DNA of 53,294 bases. It comes from Campylobacterales bacterium (GTDB lineage: Bacteria > Campylobacterota > Campylobacteria > Campylobacterales > JAABSR01). The notes below the pieces were generated by a model. The model did not search any database and was not told where the DNA came from. It saw only the letters and a list, made by a program, of their open reading frames with translations. Positions 52,465-53,294 of this stretch are shown piece after piece. Made by a program: the position numbers and the translations under genes. Location of the stretch: assembly GCA_011390245.1 (NCBI GenBank), contig JAABSR010000002.1, forward strand, positions 1 to 53,294, in the 5' to 3' direction. Position 1 is the first letter of the stretch. Each line of letters begins with the position of its first letter.

Positions 52465-53294
52465 AGAGAGTAAATTCTGCTTCTTTTAGCGGAATAGATG
52501 CCGAGATTGTAAATGTCGAAGCAACTTTCACAAAAGGGCTTCCAGGTTTTTCCATTGTTGGTTTAGCAAATAACTCAATCCAAGAATCAAAAGATAGAAT
52601 AAAGTCTGCACTTTTGGTAAATCATTTCACTTTTCCTCCACTAAAAATCACTATCAATCTCTCACCCTCTGACATCCAAAAAAGTGGTTCTCATTTTGAT
52701 TTGCCAATAGCACTTATGATATCTTTGCAAGATGAGACTATCAATCTAGATGACTATTTTGCTTTTGGTGAACTAGGGCTTGATGGTTCACTAAAAGAGT
52801 GCTCATCAATATTTCCACTGATCTTATCACTTGCTAGAGAGGGAGTTATAAAAAAGGCTATAATCCCAGAAGAGTCGCTACATAAATGTTCTAAAATATC
52901 AAATGTAGAGTTTTTTGCATTTAAGAATCTAAGCTCGCTTGTTGATAGGCTCAAAGAGGGCACTATGAATCCTTGCCTAGAGAAGCAATCTTTTGGAGAT
53001 GAGTATATAGAGATAGATAAAGAAAAATACTATTTTGATATGGACTTTAGAGAGGACTTTTATGATGTAAAGGGGCAAGAGATTGCAAAAAGAGCAGCAC
53101 TTATAAGTGCATGTGGTATGCACAATATCTTGCTTGAGGGGAGTCCTGGTTGTGGTAAAAGTATGATTAGTAAAAGATTAAAAGAGATATTGCCCCCACT
53201 TAGCAAAGAGGAGATTTTAGAGAATGCAAAAATCTTAAGCCTTGAGGGAAAAGATGATATTTTTATGGTAAAAAGAGCATTTAGATCTCCTCAT
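52461..53294 (+). CDS. YifB/ComM-family Mg-chelatase-like AAA+ ATPase (3'-truncated)
   Basis: Not in the ORF track. ATG 52461 overlaps the def stop; GLPGFSIVGL, ESKDRIKSAL, ITINLSPSD..K.GSHFDLPIA, GELGLDG, DVKGQ, GSPGCGKS and FRSPH. Confidence 0.93.
   Translation, partial: MKRVNSASFSGIDAEIVNVEATFTKGLPGFSIVGLANNSIQESKDRIKSALLVNHFTFPPLKITINLSPSDIQKSGSHFDLPIALMISLQDETINLDDYFAFGELGLDGSLKECSSIFPLILSLAREGVIKKAIIPEESLHKCSKISNVEFFAFKNLSSLVDRLKEGTMNPCLEKQSFGDEYIEIDKEKYYFDMDFREDFYDVKGQEIAKRAALISACGMHNILLEGSPGCGKSMISKRLKEILPPLSKEEILENAKILSLEGKDDIFMVKRAFRSPH

Overview
A compact, AT-rich chromosomal segment from a free-living Campylobacterota (Epsilonproteobacteria; Campylobacterales-like) bacterium. It spans the replication origin: ruvC-[oriC1]-dnaA-[oriC2/DUE with DnaA-trios]-dnaN-gyrB-queF, with a perfect parS palindrome about 4 kb away inside a coding sequence. 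Most genes are housekeeping (glmS, glnD, folB, plsY, ribA, manC, rlmN, hisF, rsmA, rnj, kdsD, ppk1, argD, dgt, nifS/nifU, fliI, tig, clpP, def, YifB-type ATPase). Accessory content includes a BetT-like transporter, a three-gene nucleotide-sugar cassette, a c-heme-motif diguanylate cyclase, an SCO/PCuAC copper-chaperone operon divergent from ovoA plus a PatB/MalY C-S lyase, a NavAb-like sodium channel, an SBP-histidine kinase-pseudo-response-regulator module, and a TolC/MFP pair with BatD but no inner-membrane pump. The best leads for something undescribed are: (1) an ovothiol operon that appears to use a PatB/MalY lyase for the C-S cleavage step; (2) a catalytically degenerate GGDEF protein with an intact RxxD I-site directly behind clpP, reminiscent of PopA; (3) non-canonical ATT (rlmN) and CTG (MFP) start codons; and (4) two small ORFs with strong SD sequences that the ORF track omits. 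I saw no rRNA, tRNA, CRISPR array, prophage or IS element. All assignments come from reading motifs by eye and from remembered family knowledge. No searches were run, so novelty is unverified.
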